Virus record (IMG/VR): IMGVR_UViG_3300023174_000066
Direction: 5' to 3' (one strand)
Length of the DNA: 64,000 nucleotides
Source of the DNA: an uncultured virus (IMG/VR IMGVR_UViG_3300023174_000066)
Taxonomy: Duplodnaviria; Heunggongvirae; Uroviricota; Caudoviricetes
Every line of letters starts with the position of its first letter. Position 1 is the first letter of the stretch. Shown piece by piece: positions 37,621 to 47,370 of the stretch. A program made the position numbers and the translations under genes. The notes under the pieces were generated by a model. It worked only from the letters and a program-made list of their open reading frames with translations, was not told where the DNA came from and ran no database searches.

Positions 37621-37845
37621 TTAAAAATTTGACAAATGTGCAGCAATTAGGCGTCTAAACGCAGTAAGTTGGGGCTTTTCTACGTAATTTAAGTGCGCGT
37701 AAGACAGCTCGAAAGCGTTTTGAAGCCGCACTAAATCGAGAATAGAAAGTGTTTTGAGATCTAGCTCACCGCGCTCGTAGTCGGTGTAGAAGGAGTCAAT
37801 AAAGTCGATTGACGATTGGATGAAGGAAGGAGTAGATTTAGCCAT
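37621..37845 (-). CDS. Hypothetical protein, 74 aa, leaderless
   Basis: TATACT-N6-ATG. Confidence 0.6.
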   Translation of the reverse strand: MAKSTPSFIQSSIDFIDSFYTDYERGELDLKTLSILDLVRLQNAFELSYAHLNYVEKPQLTAFRRLIAAHLSNF

Positions 37846-38111
37846 ACGTACAGTATACACGGTGGCGCGGGGGGTTTGGGGGGCGTAGCCCCCTCCCGAG
37901 CGTAGCGAGGGCGGCACTGGCCGGTACGCGCGTAGCGCGATCCGGCAGTGCGGGTTTGAGGGTTTACGGTTTTTACGGTTTTACGGTTTTCCGCACGCAC
38001 AATTCCGCTACGCTGCGCGCCCGTGGAGCGAAGCGAAACGGATCGCGCCGCACGGCCGAACGCCGAAAGGCGAAAGCCCGACAACCTTTTGGGTTGTCGG
38101 GCTTTCGAGAC

Positions 38112-38366
38112 TCACCACTGGGGATAAACGCGAGTGGCGAGAGAGTCGGCGCGGTAGGCGAGACGAGAGGCGGTCTTTCCGAAACGGTACAGAATGTTTC
38201 CGAGAAAGACGCGGATTCGAAACTCGGCGTTGACTGGCGGAGCGTAGGGGTAGCCCTCCGTGATGGTCTCAACGATGTCGGCGTAACATCTTCCGCAGAC
38301 TTGCTGATAGTCTCCTTCCGCAAACATTTCCGAACAACGAGAGTGGGTTTCCGTGGACATAGCCAT
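38112..38366 (-). CDS. Hypothetical cassette protein
   Basis: Lies between promoter 38423 and terminator 38070-38103. Confidence 0.65.
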   Translation of the reverse strand: MAMSTETHSRCSEMFAEGDYQQVCGRCYADIVETITEGYPYAPPVNAEFRIRVFLGNILYRFGKTASRLAYRADSLATRVYPQW

Positions 38367-38664
38367 TCCTTTCGGTAGGTGAGTGACTGGCATACATCAA
38401 GTATCGCAAACGCGAGGTTCGTTGTCAACTGAATCGGGCGGGCGGGTTGTTTTTCGAAGTGCGGGGTTTCGCCGTGCTGCCCGTCGGAGCGAAGCGACGC
38501 CGGGCCGCGCGGTTGGGTTTCACGGTTTTGGGTTTTACGGTTTTCCGCACGCACAATTCCGCTACGCTGCGCGCCCGTGGAGCGAAGCGAAACGGATCGC
38601 GCCGCGTGGCCGGAATTGAAATAGGGCTAGCCCGACAACCTTTTGGCTGTCGGGCTAGCGGCGG

Positions 38665-39006
38665 TTACTCGTGGAAGTAACGGCGTTCGTTAGTCGCTTC
38701 CGCTTCGTAGTAGTAATACTCATCTGCTACGCTGGCACACTCTCGGCAGAGAGTGTGGGGCTGTTCCGCGTTCTTGATTTCGCACACTTGGCAGGGGCGC
38801 AGGTGGCGCGTTCCAACAAGGTGTCCAAAAATTGCTGACGCAATTACGACACAAGCAACGACAGAAATAATGTCGAATGTGGTGTCGTAGGCTGGGTAAG
38901 CCGCGATATATCGTTCGGCGGTGTATGCCAGTCCTATCGCGTAACCGTATAGGGCTAGGGCTAGGATTGCGCGATATCTCCGCGAAGTACCGTCATTTCC
39001 AAACAT
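38665..39006 (-). CDS. Two-TM membrane protein with C-terminal CxxC/CxxC
   Basis: AGGAG RBS before ATG 39006; CQVC...CREC. Confidence 0.65.
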   Translation of the reverse strand: MFGNDGTSRRYRAILALALYGYAIGLAYTAERYIAAYPAYDTTFDIISVVACVVIASAIFGHLVGTRHLRPCQVCEIKNAEQPHTLCRECASVADEYYYYEAEATNERRYFHE

Positions 39007-39014
39007 TTTTTCTC

Positions 39015-39095
39015 CTATTTCTTTAGGTAACCAGATTGGATTATTGCCAACAAATACCTTTCGGCACTTGACGGTGTTGGTGTTTCTGTGGACAT
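39015..39095 (-). CDS. 26-aa peptide MSTETPTPSSAERYLLAIIQSGYLKK
   Basis: AGAAAGGAG RBS; its stop overlaps the next RBS. Confidence 0.4.
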   Translation of the reverse strand: MSTETPTPSSAERYLLAIIQSGYLKK

Positions 39096-39341
39096 TTTCC
39101 ACTCCTTTCTTTCATCTCTATCCTCTCAAACGAAACGATTGTTGTCAACTCGCGGCGGGCGGGGGGTTTGTTTTTCGGGGTGCGGGGTTTGGGGGGCGTA
39201 GCCCCCTCCCGAGCGTAGCGAGGGCGGCACTGGCCGGTACGCGCGTAGCGCGATCCGGCAGTGCGGGTTTGAGGGTTTACGGTTTTTACGGTTTTACCCG
39301 CGCGAAAGCCCGACAACCTTTTGGGTTGTCGGGCTGTCGGG

Positions 39342-39842
39342 CTATCCCCAGATAACGGACACTCCGCGAGAGCGCGCATCCTCGCAGACGGTGCGAAGGT
39401 CGGCAAACTTCTGGTCGAAGTATCCCGCGGGGCGTCCGCCTTGGATGATGCGCGGACCGAATGACGGGTGCGAGATATCAACGGCGGGGCGTCCATCGTC
39501 CTCGGGCATCAAGGCGATTACCGTAAGGACTCGTCCGAGCATTTCCTCGGCGGGCAGTGCGCCGACACAGGCATCCGCGAAGTCCTTGTCCTCGGTAAGG
39601 ATGCCGAGCATCTCCAAGAGTTCCGCGGCGTTTCCGTTGGCGAGTTGACACTCGGGCGCGACACCCTCAACGGCTGCTCCGTAAGGGTCACAGTCCACAT
39701 CGCCACATGCGGCAACGAAACGCTGGGAGTGGTGGACTGCCGAAGTGTAGTCGGGGAAACGCATCGGCGTAGTCTTGCCGCAGATACAGGTGACAGAGTG
39801 CGGGCGCATGTGCCAGTCGGCGGGAGAGAATGTTACAGACAT
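39342..39842 (-). CDS. Hypothetical protein, 166 aa
   Basis: ORF track; cassette context. Confidence 0.7.
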   Translation of the reverse strand: MSVTFSPADWHMRPHSVTCICGKTTPMRFPDYTSAVHHSQRFVAACGDVDCDPYGAAVEGVAPECQLANGNAAELLEMLGILTEDKDFADACVGALPAEEMLGRVLTVIALMPEDDGRPAVDISHPSFGPRIIQGGRPAGYFDQKFADLRTVCEDARSRGVSVIWG

Positions 39843-40046
39843 GGTGAGTTCCTTTCAGTTGCTACTAGTGGACTACTCCAGTTTGCCATACGGGACATTC
39901 GTTGTCAACTCGCGGCGGGCGGGGGGTTTGTTTTTATTTGATTTTTGGGTTTGGGGTTCTCCGCGCAGCGGGGTTTTAGGTTTGGGTTTACGGTTTTTCT
40001 GGCGAGCCCGAAGGGCGAGCCCCGCGCTGGGCGGGGCTCACCTCGG

Positions 40047-40223
40047 TCACTCTCCTTCGGCTCGGCGTTCGTTCAGGGCTTCCTGCTGGGCTTCCAAGTC
40101 CTCAAGTCGGCAGTCCAGGCACTGTCCTCGGCTGCCTGTCGGCTCGCCGCAGGTGTAGCACGACTCCGACATTAAGAGTTGGTCAGGCGCGGGTTGGGTG
40201 TAGTTGTCTTCGTAGTCAGCCAT
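40047..40223 (-). CDS. Small Zn-ribbon protein
   Basis: CYTC...CLDC; GAGGAG RBS. Confidence 0.65.
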   Translation of the reverse strand: MADYEDNYTQPAPDQLLMSESCYTCGEPTGSRGQCLDCRLEDLEAQQEALNERRAEGE

Positions 40224-40405
40224 CGTTGGCTCCTCTCGGTTGGGTAACTCAAGTGTCGCACGAATCAAGGCGAGAGTCAAGTCGCGGCGGGCGGGCGCTT
40301 TGTTTTTCGATGTTTGCTTTTCTTCCGCGCAGCGGGGTTTTAGGTTTTACGGTTTTCGCAAATAAAGAAAGCCCGACCCTTTCGGGTCGGGCTTTCGGTG
40401 AGTAG

Positions 40406-40600
40406 TTATTTGCCAAAGTTATCTTCGGGCGGTAGCACTAGCCCTACCTTGATAGCGAGGGCGAGGGCGGCGTGGGCAACATCTGTTCTCATTCGGCGGC
40501 GGTACTCCGTTTCGTCGATTTGCTTGGTTTGGAATGCAAGAGAATGTTCTTCGATATAGAGAGTATGCGCTCGAATGTAGGTGATGGGTTGGATGGGCAT
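40406..40600 (-). CDS. Hypothetical protein, 64 aa
   Basis: ORF track; AAGGA RBS. Confidence 0.6.
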   Translation of the reverse strand: MPIQPITYIRAHTLYIEEHSLAFQTKQIDETEYRRRMRTDVAHAALALAIKVGLVLPPEDNFGK

Positions 40601-40656
40601 TGCTTTCCTTTCGTTAGGTGATTAGACAGTTTCACAACTTGTCTAGGTTGGTAGTT

Positions 40657-40806
40657 CTACTTCTTGTCAAGAAGCCTTTGGATTAGGCGAGTAAGTTCGG
40701 ATAACCGAGCCTCGTTCTCCGCTTTCTGCTGTATGACTAGCGCGCGCGTTTCTTGTAATGCCTTAATTGCGTTGTTTAGCATTTCAACTTCGTCAATTTC
40801 TTCCAT
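40657..40806 (-). CDS. Small coiled-coil protein, 49 aa
   Basis: Manual translation MEEIDEVEMLNNAIKALQETRALVIQQKAENEARLSELTRLIQRLLDKK, after promoter 40860. Confidence 0.55.
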   Translation of the reverse strand: MEEIDEVEMLNNAIKALQETRALVIQQKAENEARLSELTRLIQRLLDKK

Positions 40807-41017
40807 TTTTCCGTTCCTTTCGTTGGGTACAATATCAGTTTACGCGAATGTCGTAATCAAGTCAAGCGAGAGGGCGGGGGGATTTGTTTTTATTTGATTT
40901 TTGGGGCGGAGCCCCTTTCCGCGCAGCGGGGTTTTCAAGGTTTTGGGTTTTACGGTCTTCCGCGCCAGAAATAGGGCTAGCCCTACCCGAGGGGGGGTAG
41001 GGCTAGCAAACGGATAA

Positions 41018-41275
41018 CTAAATGAGGCGAGAGAATTTCTCGAGCATTTCTTGAGCATCCTTGTTGTCGGCACTGGTGCGAACACTTGACGCGAAACTGT
41101 CGGCGGTCATCTCGAGAGCCTGGATGAATTCCCGTAACGCTTCCAAGTCATCCGTCGGCTCGTTGTCCGTGTACAGGATGTGGTCTTTCTTGCGGTACAT
41201 CTCATCCGTGAGACGATTGATAGCCCAATAGGCAATCAGGTTCTGCGCTGCGACAGGCAGTTTGATTTTTGTCAC
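41018..41275 (-). CDS. Hypothetical protein, 85 aa
   Basis: ORF track; cassette context. Confidence 0.65.
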   Translation of the reverse strand: MTKIKLPVAAQNLIAYWAINRLTDEMYRKKDHILYTDNEPTDDLEALREFIQALEMTADSFASSVRTSADNKDAQEMLEKFSRLI

Positions 41276-41482
41276 TTCCGTTCCTTCCGTTTGGTCGGAT
41301 TGTTCCGATACTCAATATTCGCATAGTCGGCAGATATTGTCAAGTGGCGAGGCGGGCGGGGATTTGTTTTTCGATGTTCTGGGGTTGGGGTTCTCCGCGT
41401 AGCGGGGTTTTCAAGGTTTTGGGTTTTACGGTTTTCCGCACGCCAAAAAGCCCCAGCGCGTTAGCGCCGGGGCTTTTGGTGG

Positions 41483-41665
41483 CTACTCCCAGGCTCGGGG
41501 AGTTCCGCGACTCGACTTTAGAGCGCGAGTGTATACACGTTCACGGCGGGTCAGGCGGTGGCGGTCTTTCAAGAGAAACCGATAGTTGATTACCAACATT
41601 GTGCTGGCGACACCTATCAAGAAACTCACGATAAATCCGAGAATGATTAGCGTGTTGTTGTCCAC
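41483..41665 (-). CDS. Single-TM protein, 60 aa
   Basis: GTG start after AAAGGA; TM helix then basic tail. Confidence 0.55.
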   Translation of the reverse strand: MDNNTLIILGFIVSFLIGVASTMLVINYRFLLKDRHRLTRRERVYTRALKSSRGTPRAWE

Positions 41666-41729
41666 GGTATTCCTTTCTTTTTGGTTTTGTTCGCCAGCCC
41701 AACCCTTTCGGGTCGGGCTGGCGTTGTGG

Positions 41730-41858
41730 TTACTCGGTGACGGTGACGGCAATTGCGCCATCGTCATACAGACTTTCCAGTTTTGCCTCGATTTCGATTT
41801 CGTCACAAACGATTGTTGTGATTTCACCGTATCCAAAGTTGGCTTTGAGAACTGCCAT
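41730..41858 (-). CDS. Small protein, 42 aa
   Basis: Manual translation MAVLKANFGYGEITTIVCDEIEIEAKLESLYDDGAIAVTVTE; AAAGGA RBS. Confidence 0.5.
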   Translation of the reverse strand: MAVLKANFGYGEITTIVCDEIEIEAKLESLYDDGAIAVTVTE

Positions 41859-42061
41859 TGTGTTCCTTTCGTTGGGTACGATATCAGTTTGCCATCTATC
41901 CGCACATAAGTCAAGTGGCGAGAGGGGGGCGTTTGTTTTTCGATGTTTGCTTTTGGGGTTCTCCGCGTAGCGGGGTTTTCAAGGTTTTAGGTTTTACGGT
42001 CTTCCGCGCCAGAAATAGGGACTGCCCCAACCCTTTCGGGTCGGGGCAGTCGGTGAGTGGA

Positions 42062-42412
42062 TTAGGACGGCGAGCCAGCGTAGAGCAAGTCCGCGACCAA
42101 TTCCGCAACCTGCTTGTCAGTCAGTCCGAGCGTCTCGCCCTCGTCGTCCGCGCCACCCGTGATGATGGCGTTTCCGACGATAATGTCGATACCCGAACCG
42201 AATGCCGAAGTGAACAATTTAGTTGCGTAGTTGTTCACGGGGAGTCCGTCCATCTTGCCTTCCTCGTTCACCCAGAGCGTCAGACCGCTTGGAAGCGTGA
42301 CCGCTTCAATCATTCCGCCGACCGCACGAGAGAGCGTCGCGTAAGACACAAACTCTTCCGTGTCTTCTTCAACTTGGATTGTGTTGTTGGTCTTGAGTAC
42401 CAGAGCCTTCAT
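42062..42412 (-). CDS. DUF3846-like protein
   Basis: L...VGG.IE.V......VNEEGK..GLP.N..AT...D.IVG. Confidence 0.75.
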   Translation of the reverse strand: MKALVLKTNNTIQVEEDTEEFVSYATLSRAVGGMIEAVTLPSGLTLWVNEEGKMDGLPVNNYATKLFTSAFGSGIDIIVGNAIITGGADDEGETLGLTDKQVAELVADLLYAGSPS

Positions 42413-42758
42413 TTCCGTTCCTTTCGTTTTATCGGGTTGTTCCGATATCTCAATACTGCCATAAGACAGGCATTGAGTCAAGTGAGAGGGGCGGGGGGAT
42501 TTGTTTTTCGATGTTTGCTTTTGGGTTTCACCGCGTAGCGGCAGGTTTCCGCCGAGCTGAGTATCTCTTCGATGCCTTGCGAGAAGGATTCTCCGCGAAG
42601 CGCACCCGTAGGGGCGTAGCCCCGAAGGGCACCGCATAGGTTCGAGCGAAGCGAGATCCGATGCGGGGGGTTTTCAAGGTTTTGGGGTTTATGGTTTTTA
42701 CGGTTTTTACGATTTTACACGCGAGAAATCCCCGACCCTTTCGGGTCGGGGCGGTGGC

Positions 42759-43220
42759 TCAAACTTCTGCCACTTCCTCGGTGAGTACCGTGTTCTGCCA
42801 GATTCCAAGATTGGTTTCCAAACGGTCACCAAAGATACGAACCCAGTCGGCAAGGTCGATTTCCTCGTCGGTCACAAACTCCATCAGCAAATCTCGGTGA
42901 AGTTCGACTGGTCGGGCGTATCCGAGTCCGTTGCTCGACCAAACTGGAATTGGAACAATTCGGCTGTCGGCATCTGACATCCAACCGACTCCTTCTGTTC
43001 CGATGATTGCGACTCGGGGCTTTCCCCAACAGTCCTTGTCCTTGATTTCGGCAAAGACCAACGGCTCGACTTCGCAACGCTCAATTCCGTCAAAGTGCGG
43101 GTAAGTGAGTCGCATGATTTTGAGGATGTGGTCAGTCAGACGCTTCGAATCAACGACTCGAGCGTGAACTCCTTTTTGGCGTTGAGCGTATCGGTGGTGC
43201 GTTTTGTCTACTTCGGTCAC
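42759..43220 (-). CDS. Hypothetical protein, 153 aa
   Basis: GTG start after GGAG; cassette context. Confidence 0.65.
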   Translation of the reverse strand: MTEVDKTHHRYAQRQKGVHARVVDSKRLTDHILKIMRLTYPHFDGIERCEVEPLVFAEIKDKDCWGKPRVAIIGTEGVGWMSDADSRIVPIPVWSSNGLGYARPVELHRDLLMEFVTDEEIDLADWVRIFGDRLETNLGIWQNTVLTEEVAEV

Positions 43221-43454
43221 GATTTCTCCGTTTCGTGTTTTGGTCGGGTTGTTCCGACATCTAAATACTCTCATCTTTCGATGAAAGTGTCAAGTGGCAA
43301 GGGGCGGGGGATTTGTTTTTCGATGTTTGGGTTTTCGCCCCTGCCGACCTGAGCGCAGCGAAGATCGGCCGGGGGCGGGGTTCACGGTTTTGGGTTTTAC
43401 GGTTTTCCACAAACGCCAAATACCCAGACCACTTGGGTCTGGGTATTTGGGTTG

Positions 43455-43589
43455 TCACTCTCCGTTTTCGCACCAACCACAGAGATAATCTCCGCCATAA
43501 GGATTGCCGATGAATGTTCCGTGCTTACAATAGAAATCTGGAACGTTCAGGTCATCCTCGTCAAAGAGTGGGTCGCTACTGGTGGTCAC
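43455..43589 (-). CDS. Small Cys/His protein, 44 aa
   Basis: Manual translation ...FYCKHGTFIGNPYGGDYLCGWCENGE; GTGA coupling. Confidence 0.5.
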   Translation of the reverse strand: MTTSSDPLFDEDDLNVPDFYCKHGTFIGNPYGGDYLCGWCENGE

Positions 43590-43789
43590 TTTACCGTCAC
43601 CCACTCCATTGCGGTACGCAACAAGTGGTCGTAATCGCCTGCGGTGCTTTCGGTGAAGTAAGCGTCAATCTCTGACTTCTCCACTTTTGCTCGCTTGAGT
43701 GCTGTCTGGACTGTGGCGAGAATGGTAAAGGCGTTTCCGTCATTTCCAGTCAGTTGGACAACCACATCTGGGTATCTGGGTTCAGACAT
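43586..43789 (-). CDS. Conserved phage small protein (LTGxDGNAF...GDYDHLL)
   Basis: Recognised motif; GGAG RBS. Confidence 0.7.
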   Translation of the reverse strand: MSEPRYPDVVVQLTGNDGNAFTILATVQTALKRAKVEKSEIDAYFTESTAGDYDHLLRTAMEWVTVK

Positions 43790-44046
43790 TATTTCTCCGT
43801 TTCTTTGTCTGTCGGATTGTTCCGATACCTCAATACTCGCATAGTTCACATTTTTTGTCAAGTGGTGGGGCGGGGGGTTTGTTTTTCTTGGTTGCTTTGG
43901 GGGTTGGGGGCGCAGCCCCTCACCGCGAAGCGGTCTCCGCGTTGCTCCGGTGCGCGAAGCGCAACCGGGCCACGCGGGTTTTACGGTTTTGGTTTTACGG
44001 TTTTCCGCACGAGAAACTGCCCTAACCTTTCGGCTAGGGCAGTCAG

Positions 44047-44283
44047 TTACTCGTCAAAGTTGAATAACTTGTTCCAACATTTGGGGCAATATCCAGAGAT
44101 AAAGCGTTCTCGAATATCTTTGGATAAGTCGGGGAATATTTCGTGGGCAAACATTCCGTTGTGGTAAGCAAATAGGTTTGCGCCAGTAACCGTAATCACG
44201 GTGTTGTCCGAACAGTCTGGACAGTCAAGTGAAGTGGCGAGATATGTGTCCTCGTCAACCTTTTCGACTTTTGCGATTTTCAT
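44047..44283 (-). CDS. Zn-finger protein
   Basis: CPDC...RERFISGYCPKCW. Confidence 0.7.
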   Translation of the reverse strand: MKIAKVEKVDEDTYLATSLDCPDCSDNTVITVTGANLFAYHNGMFAHEIFPDLSKDIRERFISGYCPKCWNKLFNFDE

Positions 44284-44353
44284 CAGTTCTCCGTTTCTAT
44301 CTTTTAGTTGGGTAGACAGTTTCACAACTTGTCTAGGTTGGTAGGGCTTCTAC

Positions 44354-44479
44354 TTATTTCCAGTAATCCGAAAATGCTTGGTCGTAGATTGCTTGGCGTT
44401 CCGATTGGTACTGTTCGTCAGTCATTGAACAGTCACTCGGCATTTCGTGTCCACAACAAGGGAAGTCCTCGCAAGCCAT
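44354..44479 (-). CDS. Small Cys-rich protein, 41 aa (CEDFPCCGH)
   Basis: Manual translation; TAATG coupling. Confidence 0.5.
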   Translation of the reverse strand: MACEDFPCCGHEMPSDCSMTDEQYQSERQAIYDQAFSDYWK

Positions 44480-44613
44480 TACTCGGGCAGTTTCTCGATA
44501 ATCCGCAAGAGTTCTGCGTTCTCGGGCTTGTCGGGGTCGGCAAGGACTTTATCAACCGCATCCATGTTGATAAGGCTGTCCAAGTCCTTCGGGTTGTTCC
44601 AGTCGAACGACAT
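44479..44613 (-). CDS. Small protein, 44 aa
   Basis: Manual translation MSFDWNNPKDLDSLINMDAVDKVLADPDKPENAELLRIIEKLPE; GGAG RBS. Confidence 0.5.
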   Translation of the reverse strand: MSFDWNNPKDLDSLINMDAVDKVLADPDKPENAELLRIIEKLPE

Positions 44614-44859
44614 GATTTCTCCATTTCTTTCGTATCGGATTGTTCCGATATACCAATAGTGCCAGACGGAACATCTATTGTCAACTGGTAGAGGGCGGGG
44701 GATTTGTTTTTCGAAGTGCGCTTTTGAGGGGCGTAGCCCCTCACCGCGCAGCGGTTCGCCCGAGCGTAGCGAGGGGCTTTTGGTTTTAGGGGTTTATGGT
44801 TTTTACGGTTTTACCCGCGGGCGACTGCCCACAACCTTTCGGCTATGGGCAGTCGGCGG

Positions 44860-45273
44860 TTACTCCTCCCGAGTGTCGATTGCTACAACAAACGGTGCGC
44901 CGAGTTCATCGTGCGATGAACGAACGACAGTCAATTCTTTGTCGTCAAGAGTGAAACGAAGTATCCAAGACGAATTGATTGAGAGAGTATCAACCAAGTC
45001 TTTCGCTGAAACGCTGGCGTATCCTGAAACTTTGTTCCAATTCATTGCCTCGCTAGAAACAATAATTCGGCTATCACGGTCGGCGTTGTTACGCGCCAGC
45101 CATTCGTCAAGGACAAACTCATCGAAGACTGCGAGTTCTTCTTCGTAACATTCGTGGCAGTAGTCGCTGGGAATGGGGTCGCCATTCTCATCAACCATCT
45201 CCTCGCCTGTTTCTTCGTCAAACTTCGTACAAACGCAGTCGTTCGTCAGAGTGAATGTCTGTTTCTCGGTCAC
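44860..45273 (-). CDS. Acidic hypothetical protein with CxC/CxxC
   Basis: GTG start after AAGGAG. Confidence 0.65.
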   Translation of the reverse strand: MTEKQTFTLTNDCVCTKFDEETGEEMVDENGDPIPSDYCHECYEEELAVFDEFVLDEWLARNNADRDSRIIVSSEAMNWNKVSGYASVSAKDLVDTLSINSSWILRFTLDDKELTVVRSSHDELGAPFVVAIDTREE

Positions 45274-45542
45274 GGTATTCTCCTTTGTGAGATTGTTGAT
45301 TTGCCTCACACACTAACTCTATAATAAACGGAACATTCAGTCAAGTCAGGGGCGGGGCGGGGATTTGTTTTTCGATGTTTGGGTTTTAGGGGGCGTAGCC
45401 CCCTTCACCCGAAGGGTCTCCGTGCTGTCCGACGCGCGTAGCGCGATCGGCCGCACGGCGGTTTTGATTTTGGTTTTATGGTTTTTACGGTTTTAGACGC
45501 GCCAACGCGCCTACCCTTTCGGATAGGCGCGAGGCGAGAGGA

Positions 45543-45857
45543 CTACGCGGTGCGAATGTAGTCGTAGGGCGTTACGCGGAGAGTTTCGGCGTAAGCGACA
45601 GGAAACTTCTCTTGTAGCATTTTGCCATCAAACGAGGAGTTCTTGCTGGAAACGAGAGAGAAAGCCTTTGTACCGTTCACAGTCGCAACGGTGGCAGTTC
45701 CGAGTGCTTCTCGCAGAATTGCTTCTGCGATAGCCTTGCGTTCTTTCGCCAACTTTTCATCAGCCTTTGCCTGAATGAAGTCGGTGAGTGCCTGACGGAC
45801 TTTCTTGTTTTGAGGTTTGATTTCTACAACCTCGGGGGTTTCGGCGTTGTTAGCCAT
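45543..45857 (-). CDS. Coiled-coil protein, paralog of 51358..51684
   Basis: Shares REALG.ATVATVNG and KFP.AY with the paralog. Confidence 0.75.
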   Translation of the reverse strand: MANNAETPEVVEIKPQNKKVRQALTDFIQAKADEKLAKERKAIAEAILREALGTATVATVNGTKAFSLVSSKNSSFDGKMLQEKFPVAYAETLRVTPYDYIRTA

Positions 45858-46026
45858 TTCTTTCTCCTTTTGTGGATTGTTGATTTGCCCACATAAGAAA
45901 CATTACGCGGTATCCGCACGAATGTCAAGTGGCGAGGGGGGCGCGTTTTGTTTTTATTTGATTTTCTAAATAAGAAATCCCCTCTCCAACTGCCAGCGGT
46001 CTATCCGCTTTGAGTAGAGAGGGGAT

Positions 46027-46094
46027 TGTGGGCTATGAGGTTTCGAACCTCGGACTATCACAGTAGTCCGCGCCTAGTCTTTCGACCTAGCCCT
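46027..46094 (-). ncRNA. tRNA-like RNA (non-canonical, GUG in the anticodon-like loop)
   Basis: GGGCTA/TAGCCC acceptor-like stem, GAGG-TTCGAAA-CCTC T-arm, CGGACTA-CTGTGA-TAGTCCG stem, GTC-GAAA-GAC mini arm. Confidence 0.45.
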
Positions 46095-46105
46095 TGTCGT
46101 GCTAT

Positions 46106-46408
46106 TTAGTTATCTACGGCAGTCAGACTGTCGCAGTCGTCGCAGAAGTGTCCCTTGCTCTCAACTTCCTCGTCACCACACTCCGCGCACATTGGAATGT
46201 CCTCGAAGTATTCAGGAACGAAAAAATCTTTCGCGCCATCGGGGTATGCCTCGGCGCAGTCACCGCACAACCAGAAGTAGGTCAGTTCCTCAACCTTTTT
46301 GGTGTCGGTCACTCCGTATGTCGGGTTTGTTCCGATAAGACTTATCGGGTCACCATCGAACCAAGCGGAACAACCATCGCAGTTTATATCACTCCAAGAT
46401 AATGCCAT
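46106..46408 (-). CDS. Cys-rich acidic protein (four CxxC)
   Basis: ORF track; AAGGAG RBS. Confidence 0.7.
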   Translation of the reverse strand: MALSWSDINCDGCSAWFDGDPISLIGTNPTYGVTDTKKVEELTYFWLCGDCAEAYPDGAKDFFVPEYFEDIPMCAECGDEEVESKGHFCDDCDSLTAVDN

Positions 46409-46726
46409 TTCCGTTCTCCTTTTTGTTGGGTGAGTAGTTGTTTCAACAGACGCACATACTCAGGTGCGGGAAGCCTTTTAGCGAATGGAGAAAACGCACC
46501 TATCCGACTTCCTAGATAGGATTAGGGCGGTAACTGATGACAACGGTTACATATGTAAATCTATCAGACAGCAAGCCGACTTGTCAAATCAAGGGGGTCG
46601 GGGCGTTTGTTTTTCGATGTTTGGGTTTGGGGGTTTCTCCGCGCGAAGCGCGGTCACGGTTTTGGTTTACGGTTTTTACGGGTTTACACGGCAAAGCCCC
46701 ACTCCCGAAAGAGTGGGGCGCAACGG

Positions 46727-47128
46727 TTAGCCGTAAACGACTTCGCCGTAGACCATTTGCTGTATCACACAGTCAGAGGTCATAGCGTCAAAGTCAAACT
46801 CGCTGTTGCCGTAGAACGATTGAGCCATTGACTGGCTGGCGTAAGTATCTTGAGCCAGCAGTTCCGCATAAGCCTTCACCATATCGTGAATACCGACCTC
46901 AACGGTAACTGTCTTGTCCTCGTCTTTTGGGTCAAGAGCCGTGATACGAGCCAAGCCGACTTCTTCCCAAGACGCACCGTTCAGGTATTCGACTTTCTGA
47001 ATGTGGCTACCAAAGAACTCAAAGCCACCACCGAACACCGAAGACCAAAGCCCACCAGCCTCAACCTTGACTGGAATGATTACCAGTTCCGAGTTGCGTG
47101 ACACTCTTGCTTCTGTTTCCTGTTCCAA
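46727..47128 (-). CDS. Hypothetical protein, 133 aa
   Basis: ORF track; ends D.VIQ...YGEVVYG. Confidence 0.7.
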   Translation of the reverse strand: MEQETEARVSRNSELVIIPVKVEAGGLWSSVFGGGFEFFGSHIQKVEYLNGASWEEVGLARITALDPKDEDKTVTVEVGIHDMVKAYAELLAQDTYASQSMAQSFYGNSEFDFDAMTSDCVIQQMVYGEVVYG

Positions 47129-47370
47129 TTTCTTGCCTTTCCGTTTGGGCGTTGTTGCCTTGATATAAATCTATACCCTCGCAGCGGTTCAGTCAAGTGG
47201 AGTGGGTCGGGGCGGTTTGTTTTTGCGAAGCAAAGGGCGAAGCCCTCACCGCGAAGCGGTCACTCGAGGGGCGAAGCCCCGAGGGGTTTTTACGGTTCTA
47301 GGTTTTATGGTTTTTACGGTTTTACAACGCGCGAACGCGCCCCCCTTTCGGAGAGCGCGTTGCGGTTGGT

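Noticed and set aside
37761..39496. ORFs spanning intergenic modules (37761..38084, 37973..38554, 39041..39496 and similar KTVKP-containing ORFs)
   Set aside because: They translate the repeated spacer DNA; the shared peptides simply reflect the DNA repeats.
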